A stretch of 64,000 nt of DNA. Source: Mobula hypostoma (taxonomy: Eukaryota). Location: positions 77,006,001-77,070,000 of the forward strand of contig NC_086108.1 of assembly GCF_963921235.1 (NCBI RefSeq), read 5' to 3'. The translations under genes were made by a program, and so were the position numbers. This document shows positions 39,033 to 52,896 of this stretch, one piece after another (within the stretch, counting starts at the first letter, position 1; each line of letters starts with the position of its first letter). Below the pieces are notes generated by a model. It did no database searches and was not told the DNA's origin. It saw nothing but the letters and a program-made list of their open reading frames with translations.

Positions 39033-40837
39033 CAGTTCATATTTGGGAGCAGCCCTTATTTGGGACAGATTTTAAGAAAACAAATCAAGAAAATAGCTGG
39101 GATTACCTTCGTTTATTTGGGACACTATGCTTAACGGGTAGGAGACTGGTGCTGAACATTTTATAAGTAGCGTCACGTGTGTGTGTGTTCAAAAAAACAC
39201 TGATTTTTGTCACTGATAACTGGTGAGTACTAAGCAGTAAGACAATTTGGAACTTTTTCTCTCTGCAGTTTCAAGATTCGAGCTTGGTGATACCAGAAAT
39301 GGCTAGGTGTGAAAATGTAACGATTTCATTACTTCAGCAAGTTAGGAACTATAAAGTATTTAAAGTTATCGGCAATCATCCTGAATATCTATATACTACT
39401 AAAACTCTTATGCTCTGTCTGTCTGTTTGTGATCTCCAGTTAGTGCTAACGGTGCATTACAGCGGCACTTTTTTGGCTAAATCGAATTAAAATGCGCTAA
39501 CTTTCAGAATGCAGGCAAAGTTCAGGGTTATATATTCGTATAAAATTGCTCATTTGCCAAAATAAATAGGCTCTCTTTTAACCCGAGACCCAATTGGCCA
39601 TCGTGGAAATCGGGACACGACAGCCCGACACATGCGCACGGCCAGCCTCAGCAGTGACACCTACCGGAGCAAAAGGACAGGGCAGCTCTATTTTGAGGGG
39701 TCACATTCTGCTAGTCACCATCAACATGTGCAGGATTGGGAACGATCTAACTGCACCCATCAATAAGAGATAATTAAATCTTATTGTAATGACATACTTC
39801 GAGACACCCATAAAACCCTTTGCTGCAGTCAAAAGACAGCGGTGACTATTTCACGTCCATTTAGGAGAGCACCAACCACATCATCGAGAATAATCAGCAT
39901 CCTTTGGTGTTACTGCTTCGTATCTTCTATCCAGCATTAGGGTGTAAAAAAGGTCAGCCTAATTATGCCACATGAAAAGGGAAGGGGGACATTATGGTCA
40001 AGAGATGATGCCAAACGTCGTTGGGAAGCGGCAGGGAGAGGGAGAGAACAAGAATTGGATAAGGCCAGGGCTGCAAGACTCCAGGATCAAAGAGTCAGGA
40101 CAAAAAAAGATGAGAGAGGAAGAGACAGAGGAGGAGAGGCATGCACGTCTCCAGGATCAGAGACAAACAACAAACAGCTGAAGAGACGGGGGATGAATGG
40201 GCTGCATGTCTCCAGAATGACAATGGGAGGCACAAGGGTGGCAGATAAATCAGAAATGATGCCATCAAAAGTGTCCTTTGTTAAATGAGGAGCAGCTCTA
40301 TTTGCTTTGCTACGCGTTGTTCTTTAATAAACTGAGGTTTTCTACTCAGTTTCCAAAGCAAAGCGATACCAGTAGCATTCAGGAAAATTTAATGTTCATT
40401 CTGGTCACATCAGACTACACTACCCTTCTCTCAAAGGGTCACCCCGTTGCCTAGTTACAAATAAAAATGAAGATTTGAATGATGCAGTCATCGAACACAT
40501 TGTTTGAAAGCAGTTCATTATCTGTACTAGGTGTCTATGCTGATTTTGTTCATTTACAGTCAATCAAAAGAACTTAGCAGTGTACACTGGATTAATTCCT
40601 CCGTCGATAGCTATTTGGAACTAGTACACAGTTTTATAGTACTGTAGGAGTTTTGGTAGTGTTCTAATTTGTTCTGTATTTCATTCAAATACACAATTTG
40701 TTACACAGTTAAGCTGTAGTTTGGCTTTTTTTAAAACATATTTTAACTATTTCCATGAAACCAGCTAATTGTGGCAGCCACTTAACTGGGCCAAAATGTA
40801 CTGGACCTAATGTGTCCCAATTAATCGGAATCCACTG
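39033..40837 (+). mobile_element. MITE family A, copy 4, split by a Helitron
   Basis: Colinear with 8984-9651 on both sides of the insert; right TIR CCCAATTAATCGGAATCCACTG|TA. Confidence 0.85.
39388..40454 (+). mobile_element. Non-autonomous Helitron, 1067 bp
   Basis: A|TCTATATACTACTAAAA...CTAG|T with no TSD. 3' hairpin CAAAGGG-TCAC-CCCGTTG (40432-40449). The empty-site homologue in MITE copy 3 reads cctgaatg/ttacaa. Internal STPR-like repeats. Confidence 0.9.
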
Positions 40838-43800
40838 TATTTTGTTTGCAGCTATGAGTCTCAGTTCAATAACTACGATTTATTCTCAACAATCTATCTT
40901 GCCTGGAAGTGGATTTTAACACCTATTTTATTCCATTTACAAAATGAGCTGCTTTTAAAAAAAATTAAATGCATCTGCTAGTCATGAACATTTAAATTAT
41001 TTGCAGAAAGTTAAATGGCCAGAAGGTCCAGAAAAATGCCTCTCAATCATTTTTAGACACAACATTAAAATTTCATTTGAGCTGAGAGGTGTGATAATAC
41101 TCTGTCTTCTCTTCAGTGCTAGGATGAGACTTGGCAATGGGCTTGCATGCTTATATACAGAAGCATACATCATTCTGCCTTGCACCATTACTACAAACGG
41201 ATCTCTGTGACATATCCTTAATTTGTTTCTTCTGTTATCAATGGATAATCATCGTTAGTAGTGCAATAAAGACTGTAAGGAATATTCCACAGAAAGAAAT
41301 AGTAAATAATTCAAGTTTTTTGGTATATTTTTGTGTACCAGAAGACATAATCATTTTGTGGTCATCCTAATACTTGCATTATTATGTAGTAAAACCTCCA
41401 GTAATTGCACTACTTTTCCAAGTTGGGGCAGTGCAAGAGCTTAGACTTGGATAAATTTGTAGTTCTTGAAGGTGAGGCCTAAGAAGGAATTTTGCGATTG
41501 AGAGAACTTTAAGAATAAAGCTAAGAATTTTTAAAACAGTCAGCAAGTCAATGTAGGTGATGGACACAGTGATTGTATATGTATGTGATTATATAAGTGA
41601 TTGTTTACGTGATTGTTTGGCTGCAGTTGAAAGAAGTTATGATTCCAACTAGTTGTCTAATGCAGATCCATTTGAATATTACTTCTGAATGGTATAACCT
41701 TCATTTGCACAAATTATGTCTTAAACTTGCTCTGATTACTAGAGTCTTTATACCATGTCTCTTCTGACCTTTTGGGTAAGATTTTAAAAAGTGCTTTATA
41801 AATTCAGTATCCTCCTTTATTCCCACTTTAAACATTTAACACCTTGGTTGTGTCATGAAATGGTGTTCATGAGATTCAAAAAACTCACAGAACAATATTG
41901 AATCTGTTTTGATATGGCAGTGAATTTGTGTTCCTTGACAAATTTAAACAGGATGTAAAACTTCCCTTGGCAAAGTGTTGGAATTAGTTGAAAGAAGATG
42001 GTCAATACAGGGAGGCTGATGAAGTTCTCTTTGCTGTTATCTGGGATTATGAGATAGACTTGCAATTATCTTGTGTTATAATTGTTGTAAAGTGAAATTG
42101 AGTCATATTGATGTAAAAGAAATAGGAATAGATGCTGAGAGCTATTATGAACTGGGCTTTTAAGTCTGGAAATGAGACTAGGACTTTACAAGATTATTTA
42201 AGGGAATGAAAACAGAATAACAGCTGAGAAAATGTTTTCAACTAGTCACTGATAACTTAGTGGGAAGTTCCAAAGAAAGTTCTTTACTCAAAGATGTGGA
42301 ACTCAATTCCTCCCTGCTTGGGTAGAATAGGTATATTTAACTGTAATTCATATTTATAATTTAACTATACATTGGCAAAGTTCTGAAGGGAAAACAGAAT
42401 GGAAAGAAATAAATTTGTTAAATGAAACCAACCTAACCACTTGTTAGTTAAGAGTATAATTGGCTGTAAAATGTGTTAATTTTTTAGAGCACAAGAGGAT
42501 GTGGTTATTTAAAACCACGAATAATACATAAGGAAATAGTTCTTATTGGTGGAGGGATCAAGAATTGAGTCATAGTGGGTGACACTGGATGAAACTGATT
42601 GGCAAAGTGATCTGTGGGAGATCTTGTTTTTATGCAGTAAGTGGTTCAGATCTGGAATGCACTGTCAGACAACTAGTGGAGGCTGATTCAATTGCATCAA
42701 AAAGGTATTGCATAAACAGCTGAAGGGGGGGGGGTACTTTCAGGACTGTGGCTAGAGGGCTTGAATTAAGAGTATGCCAAGTTGGGTTGCCCTTATATAG
42801 AGTTGGTTGGCAAATGACCTTCTACCACACTAAGGACTTTGAATATTGTGGCTTCCTTGAATTACCAAGATGCAAAGTATGAAGTGTAAGGAAAGACTTC
42901 AAAATTTTGACTCTACGTTCTTGAATGAAAGTAAATGGAAGGAGCCCATATACAAGTATACAAATGACAAGAAGCAGGAAAGTAAGATCTCATTTCGAAT
43001 TAAATCTCAATTTCTGGACTGGGCGACATCCATAAACTGGTAATAGGAAAACTCAAGACTGATGTCCGGACATTAGGAGTAGTATAAATAACGGGAATAG
43101 GCTTCTACACAGGATAATGGAGGGAAAATCTTGTTATCCAGAAGATTGATACTGTAATGAAAGAGACTATGTATTTCTAAGACTGAAAGTCTACCTATCA
43201 CTATATAACTTAGTGATCTTTGATTAGAGATATTGTTTTTTAATATTATTTGGTACAATTAATTGACTATTACTGTACTTCTGAATGCTCAAATGTAGGT
43301 GAGGTACGTAGAATCACAAATTTGTCATAATCATGAAGTACAGAATGTTAGTGAATACTTCTCAAAATGTCATGAAACCCACTAGGATCAATTGGCATCA
43401 GGGTCAAGTTTACAGATATCAAAACACATGCACATTATTGTAACAGTGAAGCCTTTGGGAACTAGTAATCACAATATAATTAGGTTTTGGTTTATTTGGC
43501 AGCAGGGCAATGAAACTTCAGCTATTTCTAAATATATTTCAGAGGGACAAAAAATGTGAAGAGAAGCTAAACTGGGTTATTTTGTCAAAACATAGTTAGA
43601 AGCAGCACAGTTTTAAATCTATAATGTTTGACCCTAAAAGATAAAAGTAAGTAAAAGCAAACCAAATATGAACTAAATAGATAGACAGCAAATGAATGAG
43701 TCAGGCAAAAAATGGGAATAAACAAAAACATCCCACAGTAATTTACGGAAACAAAATGAAGAATAGGAAAAGAATGATCCTAATCAAAGGCAACTGACAG

Positions 43801-45022
43801 TCACCAAGATTTGTTATCCTTTCTTGTCCTTTCCAGTTTTGTTGCTGTATTTAATATGAAATGATCACATCATCCTCTTCTAACAGCTCTTCTCTGTTGT
43901 CTATTTGAAGATGAATGCCTCGCTTGATCCCACTTATGTCTAAGTGATTGCATTTCTTCCTACTCCTACAGTGTTCTCTGTGGGATATCCTTTGAGCATC
44001 TTGGCAAAATTATTTAACAATATGGCCTCTTAAAATCAAAGACAATATGAGATTTCATTTGAATTTACTTGTTAATAAAGACCATGCAATCCTTGTGAGA
44101 GGAATTTTGGGTTAGTGGGGCATAATGTCCCTTGGATTGCTGCAAACATATTGATCAGAAATTTATAGAGTATATTAATGTTCAAAATTAAATATGAGTT
44201 TCTTCATTACACCAAAAAAAATTAGAATATGGGAACAGGAGCCCTTCATTTCTGCCCTGGAGCCTCTTCTGATGTTCATTGCGAGAATGGCTGACAAGTG
44301 CCTAACTCCACATGCTCAATTGCCCCAGTCACCCTAATGCCTTTGGGTAATGAAGGTCAGCCAGTCTCTGCTTTAATATTAATAGTTGACCTATTTTAAT
44401 TTTCCAGTTGACAAATAAGAGATTCATCTTGTTGCCACTCTTTTCCTTTAGAAGTATTTTAATGAAGCGCTTGGCTTCAAGTTTTGGACCATCATACTTA
44501 ATCATCAGTTCTCTCAGTCAGTCAGTGTAAGTAGCTTTTCTAAATATTTCGAAAACTGTCAATTTGCCCCTTAGTTTCTAAATTTTAGCAATGCAGCCCT
44601 CATTAGACAAATTTGGGGTCATGTTATTCTGGTTAATCTGAGCAGCACTCCCTTCCTAATTACATATCCACCTAAGATGCCAAGAAATCTCACTCATCCA
44701 GGTGTGTCTAAACTGGAGTTTAAATGACCCACGAGAGACTGTTATCATTTTTTTCTTCTGTGATTTAAGTACTCTCCACAATTGTGAAAAAGGTAAGAAA
44801 GAAAGTCTAGTTTGTATTGATTCTGGGAATAAACATAATTAGTATATGATGAATTGAATAGGCAGAGGAATAATTAATGAGATCTGCTTTAATGTTAATA
44901 TTGGTGAATCAGAGTACTACAGTACAAATCCCAGGGAACTTTGGTAAATGATTAACACACTATTGGTTAGCCATAATTTGGAGTATTATATTCAGTTCTG
45001 CTTGCCACAATGCATATACATA

Positions 45023-45496
45023 CAGCACTGTGCAAACATCTAAGACGCATATATATATTGCTAGGGTGTCTAAGATTTTTGCATAGTACTGTAGTAATTT
45101 TATTTATTGCTGCTGCAAAAAAAACTAACTTATTGACATATGTGAGTGATGATAAACCTGATTTTGATATGGGACTCTATTGTGGACTGAAAGTGGAAGG
45201 GGGCAAGGAGAGAAAATCATGGTTGGGAAAAGGGGAAGGGAGAGGGGAGGGGAGGGTGTGGGATGCTCCAAAGATACGTTCTGTAATGATCAATAAACCA
45301 ATTGTTTGGAATCAAATAACCTTTTCTGGTGTCTCGGCACTGGATGTGTCTGTACCTGAGGCACCCCACACCCTGGCACTCCACCCTCACCTTTCCTAAC
45401 ATCCTTTGCTTCTGCCAGATTTACAGCCTCACTCTGCACTCCACGTTGGCAAATACAGTACTGTGCAAAAATCTTAGGCACCCTAGCTATATATAT
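45023..45496. mobile_element. Composite element with three Tc1-like TIR copies around a LINE-tail-like core
   Basis: TIR CAGTACTGTGCAAAAATCTTAGGCAC at 45023 (+), ending at 45091 (-) and at 45456 (+). Confidence 0.65.
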
Positions 45497-45534
45497 CAAG
45501 TATTTGAAGAGAGAACAAAAGCCACAAAATGTTG

Positions 45535-45780
45535 GGGCTGCACGGTAGAATAATGGTTAGCATAATGCTATTACAGCACTAGTGACCCGGCTTCAGTTCT
45601 GCTGTTATCCGTAGGAGTCTGTGTGTTCACACTGTGACCGTATGGGTTTCCCCCCACATTACAAAGATGTAGAAGTTAGTAGGCTAATTGGTCACATGGT
45701 GAAATTGGGCTGTGCGGGCTTGTTGGGCCAGGAGGGCCTGATACTGTGCGGCATCCCTAAGTACATTAAGTAAAAATAAA
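45535..45780 (+). mobile_element. HE1/V-SINE
   Basis: tRNA-like head ggctgcacggtagaataatggttagc, V-domain ggagtctgtgtgttcacactgtgaccgtatgggtttcc..cccacattacaaagatgt, CR1-like tail. Confidence 0.8.
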
Positions 45781-46911
45781 GAAGCTTCAGCTTTCTGGTC
45801 TAGATGAAATGAGGTGGAGAGAAGGATAAATATTGTTTTAAACAGGTCTCCAAGTGAGCATCAAAAGACATACAAGCTTGGTGCAATTATTGTAAAGAAA
45901 CCTTGCAGAAAAATAACAGATATTTTGACAATTTAACAATCAGTGTACTCTGATCAGACATAAGAAGTTCAAAAGGAGGCTGTACCCAAACTGGAGATCA
46001 GTCAGAGAAACCATAATCAATTATTCTTTTATTTTAAATCTAACAATGATAATAAATGAACCTTTAAACCTTTAACAATGAAATAAAAGATGAAATTTCC
46101 CAGAAAACAGTCATAAATAGCAGGCACATTATTATGATACCCAACCAGCAACCATTTCTCTGACTGGGTTCCAATGTTGTATTTTGCACATCTAACAGTC
46201 TTCAGGTAGTTGGTCATTTCCTTCTGTTCCATGGAATAAAAGAAGAGTTAAATACTGATTACAACATCAAATTATAGAAAAACAACATTGTTCAAGTTGT
46301 GGCCTATTCATTAAATTTTATTTTCCACTGTTGTAATGAAAATGGGCAATGGGAAGCAGCAGTTATTTTTTTAACATACATCCCAACATTTTAATCCATT
46401 AAGAATGATTTTTTTTACCAAACATGCACACAGGTTTGACTTCTTATTAATGAGAGCGTAGATTCTATTTCTCATCTAAATTCACCAAAGGTTTTGGGAA
46501 TGTTATTTACTGCAAACTCAATTAAACCAACGTACTGCAGCATGGCGTAATGTGACTTAAGGAAATTTAATTCGCAATTGTGCTGTTTGTTGAGTTATTA
46601 GACTGATAGAACTATTTCCTTCTGATACCAAATGCCTTTGGAAATCTGTATAAATATGGATTACAGTTAAAAAGAACTTTAAAAAAAAAGTTTAATATAG
46701 CAAGATCGGCACTACTCGGTTGGGGTAAAGAGATCCCTTACATTGCTTTTGGTTAATTTGTTCAGCAAACTAAAGATTAATAATGAGTAATCATCACATA
46801 TCTTCCATTAAGAGGTACTTTTCATTCTCATTTTAGGAAAGAATTTCATAGTTCAAAATCTGATTGAAATTCAGTACGTTCATTTAGAGGAGCATTAGGG
46901 CCACTGTGAGT

Positions 46912-47180
46912 TTCATAGAGACATAGATTTGTACAGCGTGGAAACAAACCCTTTGACCAGCCACATCTATATTGACCATCGTGTCTATCCGTGCCTGCAT
47001 TAACTCCATGTTTCTCTGTGCCTTGCTCATTCAAGAATCTGTTGAGATGCCTCTTAAATGTTATTAGTTTTCCAACTTATACCATCTATTCTGGTAGCTC
47101 ATTCCAGTTACCACTAGTCTGTGAAAACTGTAGCCCTTGAATCCTGCCTCGCACCTAAAACAGTCTAGTTCTAGATACTT
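46912..47180 (-). mobile_element. Old CR1 3' tail
   Basis: catagagacatagatttgtacagcgtggaaacaaaccctttgacc... Confidence 0.65.
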
Positions 47181-48599
47181 TAGCATATGAAAATAAAAAA
47201 ATTATCTGTGATGAAAACATTTGTTTAATCAGTCTTATTATAGCTATGTAGATAAAATAATGTCTCTTCCATGGGGATATCTTTTGGAAAGTCAGCTTGT
47301 AGAAAACTATTAACTTTAGCTCCACCTTGTGGTAAAGAATTAATGTGTATTGTGATTATTGAAATGAAATTACAATAAGATCTAAGACTTTAGCCTTTAT
47401 TTTCAATTTTTATTGGAAACGAATCCTCAGTGTGTCATTTTGCTGTTCTTGCATATTTGTGGCAAAGACACTGGAACTGAAGCTACAATTCCTTTTCAAT
47501 ATATCTTGATATTTGTACACATTTCAAAGCCATTGTGCCAAAGTGATGCTGGTTGTAGCAGTTGTAGAGAAAGCTACATAGAGCTTTTTTAAAAAGAATA
47601 CTGTTGGTGTTTTCCTTCTCTTGGTTTCCTCTTAAAGATGTTGTATTGTTGCTGCAGTGGTTATATTTCAAAGGCATCCAAACATACCATTCATGTTTGA
47701 TTATAGGCCCATGAATGTCAGTTTGATTTTGCTGAGTTTTGCATGTAGTGCTGCATGGAACTGCTGGCATTTCTCAACGGAAGTGCCAGTATGTCTCCAA
47801 TTTCTTGTAGGAATTCTGAACTTTGTGGTAAAGTGCACCTGGGTATTCTGCAAGCGTGGAGCAGTAGCTTGCTGAGATGCTGAGGAATCTGCTATTGAGT
47901 CTGGCACAGTGTTGGACCTTGCGCAGGATCTGAATGTTCATTCATTTAAATAAAGATAAAGGAGGATTATATTAACATTTTTGTATTGTATTTATGAATT
48001 TTAATTATTTTAAAATGAATAATTGTTTAATAACTATGTATTTCTAACAATTTTTCTGAAAATCAGAGGTTTTCAACCAGTAAAGTAGGTCTTATGGGGA
48101 GTTTGTTCTGACCTACTTACCGTGTTGTTCAGGTCCTGCAATTGCTTGCCTCTAATACTATGCATACCAGTGAGGTCACCTTCCAGATCAGGTGAAGGGT
48201 AATTTAAGGAAATGTGGAAGGCGGGAGCACAAGCACTAAGGGATATGGGGATGGAGCTGGAAAATGTTGCTGAGGGAGAAGATTTGCTATGATCTTGATG
48301 AATGGTGGGGCAAACTTGAAAGGACAAATGGCCTGCCCCTGCTCCTGTTTCTTATGTTCCTAAGACCCACTTGGGAAAATCTGTACCTCAACAAATTTTA
48401 TGTTTTAAATACTCAATGTTGCTTGTTAAGTAGATGATTAGGCTTTTTAAACCTCTGGGATTCATAGTTTATGTATTGTGCCACATGCTTCTGCAGTAAC
48501 TTATAAATCAGACCTTGGGAAATCTCCAAATGATTTCTTTTGCCTAGTATTCTTAAAATCATCAATGCTGCATAAATACTTAGCTACTCAGGCAGAAAG

Positions 48600-48725
48600 T
48601 AGAACTTTTCAAGTCAATCTGAAATGTTAACTCTTGTTTTATTTTCCACATGTGCTGTCTGACCTGCTGCATGTTTCCAGCAAGTTTATAAAAAATATTT
48701 TGGACTTCTGGCCTCTGCAGTTTTT
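48600..48725 (+). repeat. Old Penelope pLTR remnant
   Basis: ctgaaatgttaactc...tgctgtctgacctgctgcatgtttccagca...ctctgcag. Confidence 0.55.
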
Positions 48726-50441
48726 GAATTTTATTTGCTGCAGAATGTTCATATGATAACATGCACATATATACAGTATAATACAGTGGGATACATAGGG
48801 TTTCACTTCCATATGAAATACATTTCCATCCAGGGGTATGTCGCATAGATGTTCTTTCTTCAGGACTGATAACTTACCCCTTGATGAGGAAAGCACACAT
48901 GACATTACTAAAATCATTTTTTGTCTTTTTAACAATCATTTCTTGGACATTTTTCTTCAAAGTTTCTGTTCAATCACTTATTTTGAGAGTGATGATATGG
49001 TATTGATTGCTAAATGATCTTTGTTTGCAAATGTGTGGTAATAAAACGAAGTAGATGAATATGATTATATGTGCATGTTCATTTTGGTATTGAAAGATGA
49101 GTGATTTTACTAAAATAATTATTTCTTCTTTAAATATTTCTGAAATGAGGGAAACATGCCAAAATTCCATATACTTAATTGACAAGAAAGATATTGATTA
49201 CCCTTAAAAATGCTAGCAATGAAGAGGATATGTAAACCAACGTCAGCATTCCCTCCGCTGCCCATTTCTCAAGTATTGCGGTCCTAAATGTACTCGGTTA
49301 TCTCCAATAGGTTGGCTATGTCATTTGCATGCCTGACACCAGATTAGCAGGCAATATATTTTCATTCAGCATAGCAAGAGATTACCAAGTGAACTGAGGA
49401 AATAATTAAATGATATTCTCAAAGCCTCCTGGAAGATACTAACATTGTCATTGATTCATGGGAATCTCAAGCCAGTATCTTCTCAAAACAAAGATGGGGC
49501 ATTTTCTGTGCCATTGACAAATCCTTTCATTAGTAACAGACAGACACACATAATAAATGGCAGAGGAAGAGCAACAGCTCCCAAATTACCCCCACATCAT
49601 TGCCTTCCCACCCGCAGAACTGAAGTGAAAGCAAGTTATCTTCAAGAGAAACACAAGGAACTGCAGGTTCTAGGATCAGAAGCAACAAAGAAACTGCTTG
49701 AGCGACTTGGTTGGTTGAACAGTTTGATTTAGGGTATCAATCCAAAATATCAGCAGTTCCTCCCCTTCCCCCCCGATGCTACTCAGCATCTACGGGCAAA
49801 TTTTGCTCAAAGCATCTTCTATTCTGAGGACTACCTAAGAGGAATAGAAAAGTAGGCAAAGCAAGTTGTAGTCAATGCAGAAAAGCTTCACCCACCAAAT
49901 CATTTAATATTGCTTTATTATGAACAAGGTTTGGCTGTACACAAAACATTGTTGAAGATACAGAGACAATTGATAGGTCAGAGACCATTGCCACATTTGA
50001 AGATAACTAATTGAAGCAGAGAACAATGCTAGGCAATGGAGTGAGAGCAAGTTATTGGGATTCAGGATGGATTGCTCTAGTAAGCAGACAGTCCGAAAAA
50101 GCATGAGCCAAAAGATGCTCTCCGATTTTGTAATGTATCATTTCTATATTTCTCAGCAGAATCGGCAGTAAGGATAGAAATGAAGGTTATTGAATGACAA
50201 TTAACATAGCACTTAATGAAAGACTATTATTGTTTTGTGCACTTTTCTTATTCTTTGCATAATTATTTATTACAGTAAAATTTTTTGGTGAGCTTGTTTG
50301 ATCATAGAATGCAACAGCATCCCAAATTCATAAACAATTTGTCACTTACCCAAAATGACATATGAGCTGTATATAGTTTCTCTTTAATTTTTTCATAGAG
50401 CACTCTTCAAATTAGTAAGTTTATCTTTTTATTTTGTTCAG

Positions 50442-50516
50442 GACTCCTACTCGATGCCCCTTACATCAATCCAGTGCTGGCACGTTCATTGTGAGGAATG
50501 CTGGCTCAGAACATTG
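50442..50516 (+). CDS. RNF220: RNF220 coding exon (75 bp, phase 0 to 0): DSYSMPLTSIQCWHVHCEECWLRTL, RING core
   Basis: Acceptor tttttattttgttcAG and donor GTaaga at 50517. The peptide matches the RNF220 RING as I recall it. The terminal exon (GAKKLCPQC...) was not seen in the window. Confidence 0.97.
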
Positions 50517-52896
50517 GTAAGAAACTCCTTTCATTTTCCCAAGTTTTTCCTTTCCTTTCTGTCATTCTGCCCTTGTGCCTTCAGGGAAGAGTGTTATAAT
50601 CTGTTCAAACATTGGACTACAGAAGGAAGCAATTAATAAGAAAATGCTCATCTGTTTCGCAGCCAGCATTTTCCAATACACAATTTATTATATAAACACT
50701 TTCACGACGTCCTTTAAAATTTGCTTGCTGTGGCGGCTTGTTACTAATGTTACCATTAAACCATACCCTGAAGACAGCAATAAAGTTGGAATGCTGGGCC
50801 CTTGCATCTTTAATCAAAGTGAATGCATGTAATCTTGTTACTGCTGTCTTTTTTTTATGAAACTGGGCAGTGCATGGCAACTGTGTATGTATGTATGTGA
50901 CTATGTAATGCTCATTGATTATTCTCATTAACCTGGTTCTATTTAAACTAAATCTTCTTTATAATAAGGAAAAGAAAGGAGAATTTTAATGATTGTGCTG
51001 CATAGATCATATATAAAACAAATGAAAACAACCAGTACCACAACTAGTGCTGTAAAAATTTAGAAGAAAGGGGTCTTTTCACACAGTTTTAAAGAGTGTT
51101 TGAAGTATAAAAAGAACTAATGAACTAAAAAGCATACATTTATTGCTGAGCTTAATACACTAGGGTTGAAGTAAGTTCATTATAACAATTAAGATACTGC
51201 TTTAGACTATGATTAAATGTTCCTTAACATATATAATCATTTTTGAAAGCCTGATGTTTCTTTATTCATCCTATTCCTACAATATCAGAGACATAGGGTA
51301 GGGTGAGGTAGCTGGGCAGTGAGTGATGTTCTTATATTAAATTGCCCCAATCCAATATGCTAGATTTGATTAATGTTACATTGATCAATTTTCATATCTG
51401 TTATGTGCCTCCACTTTTCACCATTAGCTAAGAAGCTAGTAGGTTTAGTTTACACTCTGCTTTGTGATTAGTGGTTAACACCTCACTTTAATCTTCTGGT
51501 CATTGGGAAATATTGATTGTCGGTATAAGAGTACAATGATTTGACTACTGGGTTTCATGCTAACGTAGCGTATCTTCAGTATCAGGTATTGTTCACATTA
51601 ATTCCAACAGTTTTGTCTCCATTGCAGATTGCTTAGTAGCAGAGATACCAACAGTGGAACTGTAGACAGGGGTATTGTGACACTACAACTGTTTTGTACA
51701 GGCAATGGTATAGAAGCAGATTGATTTGGTATTGTGTACATATGACAAAAATGAAGTATTAATTTCCATTGTTATCTTAGGGAATTTAAATTAGAGTTAG
51801 TCTAATCACACCTCAGAGTGAAATGGGAACAGGTTTCCACAAAGAGATTATTGTGCATGGGTGTAATTGTTTTTATTGTATGTTTGTCTTTGTTTTTAAA
51901 GAATAATGCTGGATCAAAAACATGTACAGCAGTTTTTAGAAAAAATATCTCAACACATTACACAAAGGTGTAATCATTCAGAAATGGACTTTGAACTGAG
52001 AAAAAATGGAGATATCAGAAAAGATGTCCAAAAATATGATTAGATTAGGAGCATTTTAACCAGTTGCATAGATGGGTGAAGACTTGCCCGCCAATGGTGA
52101 GATGAAGAGAGAGAATTTAAGTGGAAGTGCTAAAGGAATAGAGGGTTACTTAGGTTTTGGATTAGAATTAAGCAAATGTGAGTGGTAAACCATGAAGGAA
52201 TTAAAAATCAGGCTGAGGTATAGATTGCAAGCCAATGGGCAGACAGATACGATAGATGGGTAGGCTGGTATGGTGGCTGCTGAGATATGGCACCGGAATT
52301 TTGAATGAGCAAGAGGCAGAATGATTTGAAAGGACAAAGTAGCTGAATCTGCCTTGAAAAGTTGAAGTTTAGCAAGTAGAGAGCCTGACTCTTACAGGAA
52401 ACCCTCATCACATAAATAGTAAATTCTCATTTTCAAGATTTAATGTATGTTGATTGCTTAAGGGGAAGCCTCTTTATTATTCTGATATATTGTGGAAAGT
52501 AATAATGTCTGTAAATTATGATAAATTTACTCTTTTGTAGTGAATGCAGCATTCATTTATCTGGTCATGTTAAATAAAACATCAGTTGGTTTATAGCCTC
52601 AATCTCGGCCTAGCTGACTAAAAGTTCAATCTTTTTCTGTCCTTTTTTGAGTGTTTATAATCAATCTAACATAGACAAAGGGAATCACGTAGTGACATAT
52701 GAAACAAGCTAGTTCACAGTGGCAGTACTCTTTATTCAACTTTTAAATCTTGCAAACAATTACTGAGGTATTGAAAACTTTTGTTCTTCCAGGTGTCATG
52801 AATAGCCAGTTGTTTGGTGTTTCAGTGGTCTTAGTTGTTATGGTGTAATCTTAGGCCCTTTTAAAGCAACAGTTATAATAGAGCGTTTAGATAGTG

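Noticed and set aside
50517..50636. ORF extension past the RING exon as an alternative C-terminus
   Set aside because: Read-through of a canonical GTAAGA donor into pyrimidine-rich intron; the last Cys pair of the RING is missing.
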